Below, piece after piece: positions 33,959 to 43,668 of a DNA stretch of 64,000 nt; the first letter of the stretch is position 1, and every line of letters begins with the position of its first letter. This stretch comes from an uncultured delta proteobacterium. Lineage in GTDB: Bacteria > Desulfobacterota > Desulfobulbia > Desulfobulbales > Desulfocapsaceae. A program made the position numbers and the translations under genes. The notes under the pieces were generated by a model. The model made no database searches and had not been told where the DNA came from. It was given only the letters and a program-made list of their open reading frames with translations. The DNA lies in the NCBI GenBank assembly GCA_963804605.1, contig CAWDRB010000007.1, positions 107,252 to 171,251 of the forward strand. The letters are read 5' to 3'.

Positions 33959-36121
33959 TCAGTATCTCGCTGCAACAAGAGATTTTGGTTGGCTGGATTC
34001 AGCGCAAACCTGGACATTTGTTTTTTGCCAGACTGTCACCTGGCTGATGGAATGTTGAAATTTTCGATTCGTCTCCCTGATGACGAATTCAACGTCCCGT
34101 GGATCTGCTGCCATAATAAAATGCTTCCGCAAATAATCCCGCAACCCGGCCAGGGTCGTATACGGTTCCCCGTCCCTTCTATATCCCCCGATCCAGTTTT
34201 CCCGGCGGGTAAATTCTTCCAGCCAGGTATAGGGCGAGGTTAAAACCAGCAGGCCGCCATCATTGAGACGTTCATGGATGGTGGACAGAAATTTGGCGGG
34301 TTTCGACAGGCGGTCAAGCAGATTTGCGGCGAGTATTAGATCGTATCCGCTAAACAGCGGCTTCAGATTCTGGGCATCGGCCTGGTAAAACTCCACCCGG
34401 CTGGCGGTTTCTGCAAGACTGAGCTCGGCAAGTTTTCTTTCATGATAGGAAACGATCTCGCCTTCTTCGGGCAACTCGTAGCGCAGAACTCTTTTTTCCT
34501 GCATCTGATACGCAATCCGGATGAATCTGGCGGAAAAATCCAAGCCGTGAACCAGGTGAAACTCTCTGGCCAGTTCAAAGCTGGCTCGCCCTACGGAACA
34601 TCCCAGGTCAAGCGCCCTGTTCTTCGGTCTGCCCTGCATATGCTCCAGACAGATGGCAGCGCATGCAGCAGCAAAATTATCCACATTGAAAAAAGTCCGG
34701 CCGTAATGGGCTTCGCAGTACTGCGAAACCGCACTATCGGTCTCGTACATCGCCTGCGCAATTTCCAGCGGCTGCTTTGCCTCCACGTACCGAAAACCGG
34801 CATGCTGAAAAAAATGGCGGCGGAAGGCATAGCGGGCATCACGGGTGGCCTCGTTGCCGGTGGAAATCCACGATCCGCCTTTGATAAGATTATGCTGGGT
34901 ATCAAAGGTGGGGGTGGAAAAATCATCATAACAGGGATGCACCTCAAACCCCTCAAAACCGTTGATAGGTGTCTCCGTCCACTGCCAGACATTACCGATA
35001 ATATCGTAGAATTCGCCAAAGCGGAAATGATCAACCGGGCAGGATGAGGCCCAGTGCTCCAGGTTGATATTGCCCGGAGCCTCTGGCCAGTATGGTTGGT
35101 CCGGTATGGAGTGCAGTTCGTGCAGCCGGTACCATTCATCTTCGGTCGGCAGCCGGATCGGCGCATCCTTCTTCTCGGCCAGCCAGTTGCAGAAAGCCTT
35201 CGCCTCCAGATAGTTGACCTCAACCGGCCAGTTCCAGGGCATATCAATTATGGCGGAAAGTATTCTCAACCGGCAGCCGTCGGAATCATTCAACCAGAAC
35301 AGTGGATGTTGCGCTTTACTGTAGGCGATCCATTTACGCCCTTCCTCGGTCCAATACTGCTGCTTCTGATAACCGTCATCATTGACGAATCCAAGAAATT
35401 CACCATTGGAAACAAGATGTTTTGCCGCTTTAAAATCCTCTACCTTGAATTGATGATGGCCGAACTCATTATCCCAGCCATACAGCGCATGCTCTTTTGT
35501 CTTACCAAGAACGATCTTTCCCCCCGTCACAGGAAGCAAAAGATTTTCCATGACTTCCCCACGCAGCGGACAGATCTGCCATTCGTCCAGGGAGCGTACC
35601 TCGGCAATCGGCATTCGACGGATAATAACCGAGGATGTTTCGAGATGTATCCGCTGATGCTCAATGCCCATCATTATCACCCAGAATGGGCTTTCCCAGG
35701 TTATCGGCATTATAAGTGGCAGCTCGGCGATCACCTGGGCGACATATTCCCGAACTTGATGCCGATACGCCCGAACCTCATCGATCGTCGGCCAGTCGTA
35801 GTTCTGGTCATTCAAATCATCCCACGACATTTCGTCCACCCCGATAGCGAACATCGACTCAAAAACAGGATTAATCCGGCGTTCGATAAGCCGGGCGGTG
35901 TTTAATTTGTTGAGATAAAAAGCAGCGGTATGGCCGAAATAAAAAATAAGCGGGTGCCTGAGTGGCTCAGCACGCTGATAAAAGGCGGTATCGTTGACCA
36001 GATGATCATACAACCGCCCATCAAGATCGAAGGTCGCATAAAAATACTGCAATATCTCCTGTCGTTTCGCCTGGGCACTGCCTTCATTGAGAATTATAGT
36101 CCGACTGTTTTTCAGTTCCAT
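33959..36121 (-). CDS. ovoA: 5-histidylcysteine sulfoxide synthase / methyltransferase (ovothiol biosynthesis)
   Basis: LRHPLIFYFGHT, GVDEMSWDD, HQRIHLE iron motif, FGE-like domain, RYAFRRHFFQHAGFRY, C-terminal SAM domain LDLGCSVGR; start taken at ATG 36121. Confidence 0.92.
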   Translation of the reverse strand: MELKNSRTIILNEGSAQAKRQEILQYFYATFDLDGRLYDHLVNDTAFYQRAEPLRHPLIFYFGHTAAFYLNKLNTARLIERRINPVFESMFAIGVDEMSWDDLNDQNYDWPTIDEVRAYRHQVREYVAQVIAELPLIMPITWESPFWVIMMGIEHQRIHLETSSVIIRRMPIAEVRSLDEWQICPLRGEVMENLLLPVTGGKIVLGKTKEHALYGWDNEFGHHQFKVEDFKAAKHLVSNGEFLGFVNDDGYQKQQYWTEEGRKWIAYSKAQHPLFWLNDSDGCRLRILSAIIDMPWNWPVEVNYLEAKAFCNWLAEKKDAPIRLPTEDEWYRLHELHSIPDQPYWPEAPGNINLEHWASSCPVDHFRFGEFYDIIGNVWQWTETPINGFEGFEVHPCYDDFSTPTFDTQHNLIKGGSWISTGNEATRDARYAFRRHFFQHAGFRYVEAKQPLEIAQAMYETDSAVSQYCEAHYGRTFFNVDNFAAACAAICLEHMQGRPKNRALDLGCSVGRASFELAREFHLVHGLDFSARFIRIAYQMQEKRVLRYELPEEGEIVSYHERKLAELSLAETASRVEFYQADAQNLKPLFSGYDLILAANLLDRLSKPAKFLSTIHERLNDGGLLVLTSPYTWLEEFTRRENWIGGYRRDGEPYTTLAGLRDYLRKHFIMAADPRDVEFVIRETNRKFQHSISQVTVWQKTNVQVCAESSQPKSLVAARY

Positions 36122-36433
36122 CGTTTCTTCCTCTTCGGCAAACTGGTCTGCGAGAGTTGCACGTCCAAGGGAGAAGATAAGGCATCCTTGAAACTTTCGC
36201 CGCATAGGGATTTTCTTTTTCAGCCACACTAAAAAAATGACCTCCCTTTGCAAAAAGCTATTCCGGTAAACTAATATAATCTGAGACTCAAAGATCAAGC
36301 CAGGTTATATAGGGCTATTATTAAACTCCCTGTCGACTGGAGAGATAGTAAAATTGAACCGCCCGGGACCGCGTTTGCGAGTTCCTCGATAACCGAAAGT
36401 AGGTTTTGTCTTCACACACCCTGAGAACAAATT

Positions 36434-38536
36434 ATGAAAGAGCACTCTTCGTCTGAAAAAAAGCTACGGCAAACCCCTGATGACATTCAGAAGCAGGTGG
36501 ACCAGCAAACGCAAGATCTTACCAGGGAAAACGAGCATCTGCGAGTTTCCATTAAACAAATGCGCAGCGAAATGGAGAAATCCGCAGCAGTCGAATTGGC
36601 TATGCAGGAGCAGATGCGGTTTGAAATTCTTCTGAGCAATCTTTCGGCGCACTTTGTCAATCTGCCGGCCGACCAGATCGACAGCGAGATTGAAGCCGCC
36701 CAACGCCGCATCTGTGAATTTCTTAAACTTGAACGTTCGACACTCTGGCAGGGACTTGAACAGGAACCCGAGACGCTGCAACTGACCCATATCTATCAGC
36801 CGGAGGGAAGTCGGCTGCCTGTTGACCGTATGAATTTATACGAGTTCTTTCCTTGGGCCTACCAGAAGATTATCCGTGGCGAAATCGTTACTATTTCGAA
36901 AATGTCCGACCTCCCGACGGAAGCAGCGCGTGACCGAGAGACTTTCAGCCTCTATGGCGCGAAGTCCGGCCTCTATGTTCCATTATCAGTTGGGCGAGGG
37001 CCAGTACTTGGTCTTTTGACCTTCGCCACCATGCGCGAGGAAAGAGAGTGGCCAGAGGGAGTGCTCAGGGGATGCATACTTCTTGCAGAAGTGTTTTCCA
37101 ACGCGCTAACCCGTAAGAAGAGCGAAATGGCCCTGCGCGAAAGCGAGGCACGCCTGATCCTGGCAACAAATGCCGCGCAGGCAGGCCTGTGGAGTATGAA
37201 GATTGACACCGGATCAGTCTGGGTTTCTGAAAAAACACGGGAGCTCTTTCATTTTGCCGCGGATGAAAAGCTGAATAAAGAAAGTTTTTTCCAGGTGATT
37301 CATCCTGACGATCGTGACCGGGTCGATAAGGCCATGCAGCATGCAATCCAGACAGGGGAAATCCTGCTGTGCGAGTACAGGATTGTCCTTCCAGATGGAA
37401 AGATCCGCTGGATAACTGCTCGCGGACAACACCAGCCAAAATCAGCCGGAAGGTCGGATCGTTTGATTGGTGTATCGCTTGACATCAGTGCCAGCAAACA
37501 GATGGAGAAACAGCTGGAGGAGCGACTTCGGGAGATTGAATATCTTAAACAACGGCTCGAACAGGAAAATATTTTCCTGCAGGAAGAAGTCAAACTCCTG
37601 GCGGAGCATTCTGAGATCCTGGGTCAGAGCGCTGCCATAAAAAATATCCTCGCCCAGGCGAGGCAAGTGGCCGGGACTTCCTCTACGGTTCTCCTACTGG
37701 GGGAAACAGGAACAGGAAAGGAGCTGCTGGCTCGGGCTATCCACCGTATGAGTTCGTGTCGTGTCCGACCTTTGGTTACGATCAACTGTGCTTCACTTCC
37801 ACCGTCCCTGATCGAAAACGAGTTGTTCGGCAGAGAGAAAGGAGCTTACACAGGTGCCATGACCAGGATGATCGGTAGATTCGAGCTTGCCGATGGGGCG
37901 ACGCTCTTTCTCGATGAGGTCGGAGAGCTTCCTCTTGATTTGCAGAGCAAGCTTCTCCGAGTTCTCGAGACGGGCACATTCGAACGGTTAGGTTCGACCA
38001 AGTCACTGCACGTAAATGTCCGCATAATTGCCGCCACCAACCGGGACCTTGAGCAGGAAGTTGAGGACGGCAATTTCAGGCAGGACCTCTTCTACCGGTT
38101 GAATGTGTTTCCAATTATGGTTCCACCCCTCCGTGAACGTTCTGAAGATATTCATATTTTGACCTGGGCGTTTGTCAGGGAATTTGAAAAAAGGCTTGCC
38201 AGGCAGATCGAAAATATTCCACAGAAGACCATGCAAACCCTGAAATCGTATGCGTGGCCCGGTAACGTAAGAGAGCTGAGAAATATTCTCGAACGCGCTA
38301 TGATACTGACTAAGGATAAAACCCTGGTCGTTGAGCTGCCTAAGCATGCATCTTCAGAAAATAATGGTACCGACAGTCTTGAAGATATAATGTACAGGGA
38401 AATTCTCGCCGTGCTGAAGAAAACCGATTGGCGCATCAGTGGCCCAGGCGGCGCGGCTGACGTTCTTCGCCTGAACCGTTCAACGCTGCAATCGAAAATG
38501 AAGAAGCTCGGAATTAAACGCCCTCTGAAGAGTTGA
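36434..38536 (+). CDS. Sigma54-dependent enhancer-binding protein (GAF-PAS-AAA+-HTH)
   Basis: GETGTGKE, GAYTGA, FLDEVGE, WPGNVREL, C-terminal HTH. Confidence 0.93.
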   Translation: MKEHSSSEKKLRQTPDDIQKQVDQQTQDLTRENEHLRVSIKQMRSEMEKSAAVELAMQEQMRFEILLSNLSAHFVNLPADQIDSEIEAAQRRICEFLKLERSTLWQGLEQEPETLQLTHIYQPEGSRLPVDRMNLYEFFPWAYQKIIRGEIVTISKMSDLPTEAARDRETFSLYGAKSGLYVPLSVGRGPVLGLLTFATMREEREWPEGVLRGCILLAEVFSNALTRKKSEMALRESEARLILATNAAQAGLWSMKIDTGSVWVSEKTRELFHFAADEKLNKESFFQVIHPDDRDRVDKAMQHAIQTGEILLCEYRIVLPDGKIRWITARGQHQPKSAGRSDRLIGVSLDISASKQMEKQLEERLREIEYLKQRLEQENIFLQEEVKLLAEHSEILGQSAAIKNILAQARQVAGTSSTVLLLGETGTGKELLARAIHRMSSCRVRPLVTINCASLPPSLIENELFGREKGAYTGAMTRMIGRFELADGATLFLDEVGELPLDLQSKLLRVLETGTFERLGSTKSLHVNVRIIAATNRDLEQEVEDGNFRQDLFYRLNVFPIMVPPLRERSEDIHILTWAFVREFEKRLARQIENIPQKTMQTLKSYAWPGNVRELRNILERAMILTKDKTLVVELPKHASSENNGTDSLEDIMYREILAVLKKTDWRISGPGGAADVLRLNRSTLQSKMKKLGIKRPLKS

Positions 38537-38804
38537 CGATATATCGACGATCATTGTTGACTCATATCTCGATAAGCAGTTGCGATCCGAAATGCTGCTT
38601 GCCGAGATATCGACACTCTTTGCCAAGATCTCTGCTGACTGCAGCAGACGATGACTGCTGAAAAAATCACTAATGCAATAATGGCCACCTCCATACAGTG
38701 GGCCGGGGGGGGGGGACGGTCGAATCCCTCCGGTGGAAACACCCGCTTCAATCATCCTCTCAATCCGTGCCGATATACCAGCACTGACTGTTGATATTTC
38801 GGCA
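38534..38804. promoter_or_regulatory. Enhancer (UAS) palindromes, consensus TGNCGATATNTCGNCA
   Basis: 16-mers at 38534, 38600, 38768 and 38789. Confidence 0.65.
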
Positions 38805-38860
38805 TGGCACGTACTGCAAATGCTTTCCTTTTCGTATCTTATTCAAGTAAAGTTTTTAAT

Positions 38861-38873
38861 TATCAGATTGTTA
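38861..38873 (+). promoter_or_regulatory. IHF site
   Basis: TATCAGATTGTTA, close to WATCAANNNNTTR, with an AT-rich 5' flank between the UAS and the promoter. Confidence 0.55.
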
Positions 38874-38901
38874 TCACTGTAATCCTAATGTCCGACGCTC
38901 C

Positions 38902-38917
38902 AGGTACGCTTTTTGCT
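38902..38917 (+). promoter_or_regulatory. Sigma54 promoter
   Basis: AGGTACGCTTTTTGCT: GG-N10-GC. Confidence 0.7.
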
Positions 38918-39043
38918 GTATAGCCACGAGAAGAACTTCCTCGTTGCATCCGTGTTTCGCGTGTGAATGTCTGATGGTTCAGTTTCTCAGTCATTCCATC
39001 CATAATAGTTTCGTACCATTAATAAGAAGGCGTCCTCAGGGAG

Positions 39044-39376
39044 ATGACCATGATCCACTTGACCATAAGGATCAAGACCGATCCGCTAAAGAGCGATGAG
39101 CCGGCAATGATCCTACGTTCGATGGCAACAAGGGCACAGGGCATATCCGGCTGCATCGCATGCCGGGCTTATAGTGAAGTCCAGCAAAGCCACACCCTCA
39201 TGTTCGAGGCACTCTGGGAAAACGAAGAGGATATGAACCGGTATCTCCGCTCCGAGGAATTTCGCAATGTCCTTCTCGCTGTGGAAATGGCCGTAGAGAT
39301 GCCCGAGATCAGGTTTGAGGTTATTTCTCAGGTGACAGGTATAGAAACCATCGAAAAAGCCAGGAACGTTGCCTAG
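39044..39376 (+). CDS. ABM (antibiotic biosynthesis monooxygenase-like) domain protein
   Basis: GCIACRAY, FEALWENEEDMNRYLRSEEF. Confidence 0.75.
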   Translation: MTMIHLTIRIKTDPLKSDEPAMILRSMATRAQGISGCIACRAYSEVQQSHTLMFEALWENEEDMNRYLRSEEFRNVLLAVEMAVEMPEIRFEVISQVTGIETIEKARNVA

Positions 39377-39417
39377 GCAGTCGATTGAACAAAACGATAT
39401 TAATACAGGAGAAAAAC

Positions 39418-41124
39418 ATGAAAGTCGTCATCGTTGGCGGAGTGGCAGGTGGTGCGTCGTGTGCGGCGCGGTTGCGCAGGTTGGATGAAAATGTCGATAT
39501 CCTCATGGTGGAGCGAGGACCGTATGTTTCGTACGCAAACTGCGGATTGCCCTACCATGTCGGGGGGGTGATCGAGAAAGAGTCGAGCCTTCTCGTGGCG
39601 TCGGAGCAGATGTTTCGGGTTATGTTTGGCATTGAGGTGCGAATCAACTGCGAGGCAATCTCCATTTCGCCCAAAAACAAGACCGTGGATCTTCGCAATG
39701 TCACGACTGGCGAGATCACCACCGAGTTCTACGATAAGCTGGTGCTGTCACCCGGTGCAACATCGGTCCACCCGCCTTTGCCAGGAATAGATCTGCCGGG
39801 GATCTTCCATGTGCGAACCGTTCCGGACGCACGGACAATCCGCGAGTGGATCGCTGGGGGGACCACATTTCTGGCCGGGATGTCCAACTATTCCGGTATT
39901 CAAATGGTCAAGCCTACGCGCCGTGCGGTTGTGGTGGGCGGTGGTTTCATCGGTCTGGAAACCGCGGAAAATCTGATCCATGCCGGATTCGACGTGACCC
40001 TCATCCAGAGGGAAGATCATGTCTTGTCTCCTCTTGATCCGGAGATCGCCTGCCTGGTCCAGGGCCATATAGCACGTCATGGCGTGCATGTTGTCGCCAA
40101 TGATGGTGTGGTGGGATTTCGGCAGTTGGATGGGGGGGCGGTTGAAGTCGAGACAAGTTCGGGTAAAACATATCCAGGGGATATAGTGATCCTGGCGATC
40201 GGCGTGCGGCCGGACACGAAGCTTGCCAGGACCGCCGGCCTCACCATCGGCGAACTCGGTGGCATCCGCGTTAATGAACAGATGATCACCAGTGATCCCG
40301 ACATTCTCGCCGTGGGTGATGCCATCGAAGTCAAGGATTTTGGAACAGATCAATGGAGCCTGATTGCGCTGGCCGGCCCGGCGAACCGCCAGGGGCGGAT
40401 CGCCGCCGATGTGATCGCCGGACGGGATTCCCGTTACCGTGGCACCCAGGGCACCTCAATCATCGGGTTGTTCGGTGGTGCCGCCGCCTGGACCGGGGTC
40501 AGTGAGAAGACACTGAAGCGGCTGGGTGATCCGGACTATGAAAAAATCTACCTGTTTCCAAATTCACACGCCGGTTATTACCCGGATGCCAAGATGCTCG
40601 GTTTGAAGGTTATTTTCCGCAAGTCCAATGGGAAAGTCCTCGGCGCCCAGTCCCTGGGACAGGATGGCCCGGCAGTGGACAAGCGGATCAGCGCCCTGGC
40701 CATGGCTATCCAGATGGGTGCGACAATCTACGACCTCGAAGAAACCGAACTCTGTTATGCACCGCAGTTCGGCAGCGCCAAGGATGCGGTCAATTTCGCC
40801 GGGATGATTGCGGCAAATGTACTGCGGGGCGACATGCCTGTCAGCCATTGGGGCACCCTGGACGGAGCCTTTCTCCTTGACGTCCGCCAGCCGGTGGAGC
40901 TGGTTGTCGAGTCGGTACCGGGGGCGGTCAACATCCCCATGGGAGAGCTCCGCGAGCGCCTGGGCGAGTTGCCCCGCGACCGCGAGATCCACGTTATCTG
41001 CCGCTCCGCCCAGCGAGCCTACTACGCAACGCGCATTCTTTTGCAGAACGGATTTAATGCCAAAAATATCTCCGGTGGCATGTTGTCACGTGCGATGCAC
41101 TCTCTGGGGGAATTGATATATTGA
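39418..41124 (+). CDS. CoA-disulfide reductase-rhodanese fusion (Npsr-like persulfide reductase)
   Basis: GGVAGG, SYANCGLPY, GGGFIGLE, LCYAPQF, rhodanese LDVR..VICRSAQRAY. Confidence 0.9.
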   Translation: MKVVIVGGVAGGASCAARLRRLDENVDILMVERGPYVSYANCGLPYHVGGVIEKESSLLVASEQMFRVMFGIEVRINCEAISISPKNKTVDLRNVTTGEITTEFYDKLVLSPGATSVHPPLPGIDLPGIFHVRTVPDARTIREWIAGGTTFLAGMSNYSGIQMVKPTRRAVVVGGGFIGLETAENLIHAGFDVTLIQREDHVLSPLDPEIACLVQGHIARHGVHVVANDGVVGFRQLDGGAVEVETSSGKTYPGDIVILAIGVRPDTKLARTAGLTIGELGGIRVNEQMITSDPDILAVGDAIEVKDFGTDQWSLIALAGPANRQGRIAADVIAGRDSRYRGTQGTSIIGLFGGAAAWTGVSEKTLKRLGDPDYEKIYLFPNSHAGYYPDAKMLGLKVIFRKSNGKVLGAQSLGQDGPAVDKRISALAMAIQMGATIYDLEETELCYAPQFGSAKDAVNFAGMIAANVLRGDMPVSHWGTLDGAFLLDVRQPVELVVESVPGAVNIPMGELRERLGELPRDREIHVICRSAQRAYYATRILLQNGFNAKNISGGMLSRAMHSLGELIY

Positions 41125-41205
41125 ATAGCGCCTCGTAGCGAGCGTGAATGATATTACTAACAACCACCGCACAGAGACGACCCTGTTTCGAGAGAGTAAA
41201 AGACA

Positions 41206-41352
41206 ATGAGCAGTCCAGGTAAAAACAAAGGAAATCTAAAAGACAAATTCCTCCGCGAAGTGAAGGTGTACTGGTTTTATGTTGCATATTTAGCGATGGT
41301 TTTCGGATCATTCCCCCCAAATGAGATTTTTAGAGGAGATACAGTCAGATGA
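41206..41352 (+). CDS. 48-aa single-TM ORF, possibly an internally deleted gene
   Basis: MSSPGKNKGNLKDKFLREVKVYWFYVAYLAMVFGSFPPNEIFRGDTVR; its TGA overlaps the next ATG. Confidence 0.45.
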   Translation: MSSPGKNKGNLKDKFLREVKVYWFYVAYLAMVFGSFPPNEIFRGDTVR

Positions 41353-42158
41353 AGAAAAAAAAATTTAATTCAGCGAAGATGCTCATGCGCTGCATGTCAG
41401 CCGCAGCGTTATGTCTGGTGATTTTATCTGGAACGTCGGCTGAGGTAAGAGCCGATGAGGCAGATGCCAGGAAGATCCTCAAGGCCATGTCCGATTACAT
41501 GGCGGCACAAAAGTCTATCTCGTTTGACTTCGATGCTACCCTCGAAGTCATTACCGCTGAAGACCAGAAACTTGCCTTGGCGAGTTCAGGCTCCCTGATT
41601 CTCAATCGGCCTGATAAAGTTCGTGTCACACGCTCCGGCGGGTTTGCCGATATCGAGATGTCTTTTGACGGGAAAATACTGACACTTCTGGGCAAGAACC
41701 TCAACCTTTATACGCAGCTTGAAGTGCCTGGTACGATAGATCACCTGATCGACGAATTGAAGGATAAATACAACAGGCCTCTCCCTGCTGCTGATTTGCT
41801 GTTATCGGACCCCTACGAAAATTTGATCTATGGTGTGGTTGACGTCAAGGACCTTGGAAGTGGGGTGATTGGTGGTGTTGAATGCGACTACCTTGCTTTT
41901 CGAACTGACGCTGTTGATTGGCAGATCTGGATTGCCCAGGGGGAACAACCGTATCCATGCCGTTATGTTATAACCTCTAAAGACCTGAACGGTGGGCCAC
42001 AGTACTCAATCCAGATCAGAAATTGGCAGGCTGGAGAGCAGGTGGCGGCAACCGATTTCAGTTTCAACAACTCAACCAAGGCGGAGAAGGTCGAGTTGAA
42101 GGATCTCAAAGGTACCGCTGAATTACCAGACAATTTCAAGCAAGGAGATGGAAAATGA
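41349..42158 (+). CDS. DUF2092 periplasmic protein
   Basis: Signal peptide, ILKAMSDYM, LPAADLL, VDWQIWI, PCRYVITSK. Confidence 0.85.
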   Translation: MKKKKFNSAKMLMRCMSAAALCLVILSGTSAEVRADEADARKILKAMSDYMAAQKSISFDFDATLEVITAEDQKLALASSGSLILNRPDKVRVTRSGGFADIEMSFDGKILTLLGKNLNLYTQLEVPGTIDHLIDELKDKYNRPLPAADLLLSDPYENLIYGVVDVKDLGSGVIGGVECDYLAFRTDAVDWQIWIAQGEQPYPCRYVITSKDLNGGPQYSIQIRNWQAGEQVAATDFSFNNSTKAEKVELKDLKGTAELPDNFKQGDGK

Positions 42159-42451
42159 AGATGTTAAGAATATTTGGTTTTGTGGTGATTTTTGGAATGA
42201 TTCTGTCTTTCGGATCGGAAATCGGCGTACAACTCTCTCTGCCGGGGGCCCAGCAATTGGTGCCGAATGCCGAAGCCGTAGTCGGACGTCCACTCACTCC
42301 AGTAAGCGTTGCCGGGGTGGCTCGCCGCTCGGTTCGGCGGTGTGCGGCAGGCGTCTATAACTGTCAGCTTCACGGTTCCCAGGCCTTGGACCGCTTGGTC
42401 GGCCAGACGGGTCCTGATCCGATTGGTGCGTGGCCGCAGTCATACATGTAA
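42155..42451 (+). CDS. Small exported protein with VGRPLTPVSVAGVARR motif
   Basis: Hydrophobic leader, AEA site, then VVGRPLTPVSVAGVARRSVRRCAAGVYNC; ATGA overlap with DUF2092. Confidence 0.65.
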   Translation: MKMLRIFGFVVIFGMILSFGSEIGVQLSLPGAQQLVPNAEAVVGRPLTPVSVAGVARRSVRRCAAGVYNCQLHGSQALDRLVGQTGPDPIGAWPQSYM

Positions 42452-42485
42452 TGTTTAAATAGTTTAACCAACGGGAAAAATCAAC

Positions 42486-42707
42486 TTGCGAACCATATTG
42501 ACCATCATGCTCATTGGAACATTGTGTACCACTGCGCTATCGGCGCAGGAGCTGCAGGGAACTCGTAAAGATATTCAGGAATCAGGGAAGATCAGAATTG
42601 GCTATCGGCAATCATTGCCACCAATGTCTTTTATGGGTAAAGATGGCGTCCCAGGTGGATATTCTATAGATACCTTTAATAACAGGAGAGATAACGGATG
42701 CATTTAA
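42486..42707 (+). pseudogene. N-terminal fragment of a GltI-like amino-acid ABC substrate-binding protein
   Basis: Signal peptide, IQESGKIRIGYRQSLPPMSF..GYSID, then similarity stops. Confidence 0.7.
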
Positions 42708-43486
42708 TTGAATTGGTGAAGAAAAAAACGATGGCGGCAAGCGTTGCGTTACTGCTTGTTTTTTGCTGGGTGAACAGTGCTGCTGCCCGAGGTGACGACA
42801 CGTGGGATTTCGAAGCGACTGTGTACTTATGGTATACGGATATTGGCGGCACCTTGAATATTCCCGGCGGTGGTGTGCCCGGAGGTCCATTCAGATCGGA
42901 GGCATCGTCCGTCCTCGACAACCTGGAAATGGTCTTCATGGGCACATTTGAAGCCCGCAAAAACAAGTGGTCATTTCTCGCTGACGGGATTTACCTGGAT
43001 CTTGGCAACGATAAAGAAACAACGGTAACGGTAGGGCGACAAGATAGACAGGTCAACGCCTCGATTGATATGAATATTACCGCATGGGTTCTCACCGGGC
43101 TGGTCGGTTATGACGTGGTACAGACCGACCGGGGTACACTCGCAGTAGTGGGAGGAGCACGGTATACAATGTTGGATGTGGATACCACCTTAGCCCTGCA
43201 GGGACTGCAGACAGAGAACTCTGAATCAGATGACCTTGTCGATGGAGTCGTTGGTGTGCGAGGAGCCGTCAACCTGAACGAGCGTTGGTATTTCCCGTAC
43301 TATGCCGATATCGGCGCCGGCAGCTCAGATTTGACATGGCAAGCGCTTGCCGGCATCGGCTACCGGTTCAGCTGGGGCGACGCCAAGCTGGTCTACCGTT
43401 ACCTGAAATACGAGTTGGATGACAAAGACCTTCTGCAAGACCTCGATGTAAGCGGTCCAGTTTTTGGGTTAAGTTTCCGATTTTAG
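42698..43486 (+). CDS. Outer-membrane beta-barrel protein
   Basis: Signal peptide, YLW, YADIGAGSSDLTWQ, terminal GLSFRF. Confidence 0.8.
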   Translation: MHLIELVKKKTMAASVALLLVFCWVNSAAARGDDTWDFEATVYLWYTDIGGTLNIPGGGVPGGPFRSEASSVLDNLEMVFMGTFEARKNKWSFLADGIYLDLGNDKETTVTVGRQDRQVNASIDMNITAWVLTGLVGYDVVQTDRGTLAVVGGARYTMLDVDTTLALQGLQTENSESDDLVDGVVGVRGAVNLNERWYFPYYADIGAGSSDLTWQALAGIGYRFSWGDAKLVYRYLKYELDDKDLLQDLDVSGPVFGLSFRF

Positions 43487-43530
43487 GCGCAGCATTACCT
43501 CTTGTTGTGGATATATGGAAAATCTGATGA

Positions 43531-43556
43531 CCAGGTCTTGAACCTTCAAGACCTGG
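43531..43556. terminator. Perfect 12-bp inverted repeat (terminator-like)
   Basis: CCAGGTCTTGAA-CC-TTCAAGACCTGG after the barrel gene. Confidence 0.55.
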
Positions 43557-43668
43557 CATCCTGGTGATTCCTGTTTTGCATGTACTCACTCTATGATCAA
43601 GGTATATAGTGTCTCTCTTCGATATTGACCTTCCTCTTGCTCTTTTCTGGAGTCTCAACTCTATGCCG

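Noticed and set aside
36122-36298. N-terminal extension of OvoA
   Set aside because: No similarity to OvoA, and a purine-rich RBS precedes ATG 36121.
38804-38820. TGGCACGTACTGCA as a sigma54 promoter
   Set aside because: Only 8 nt between GG and GC; the site at 38902 has the correct spacing.
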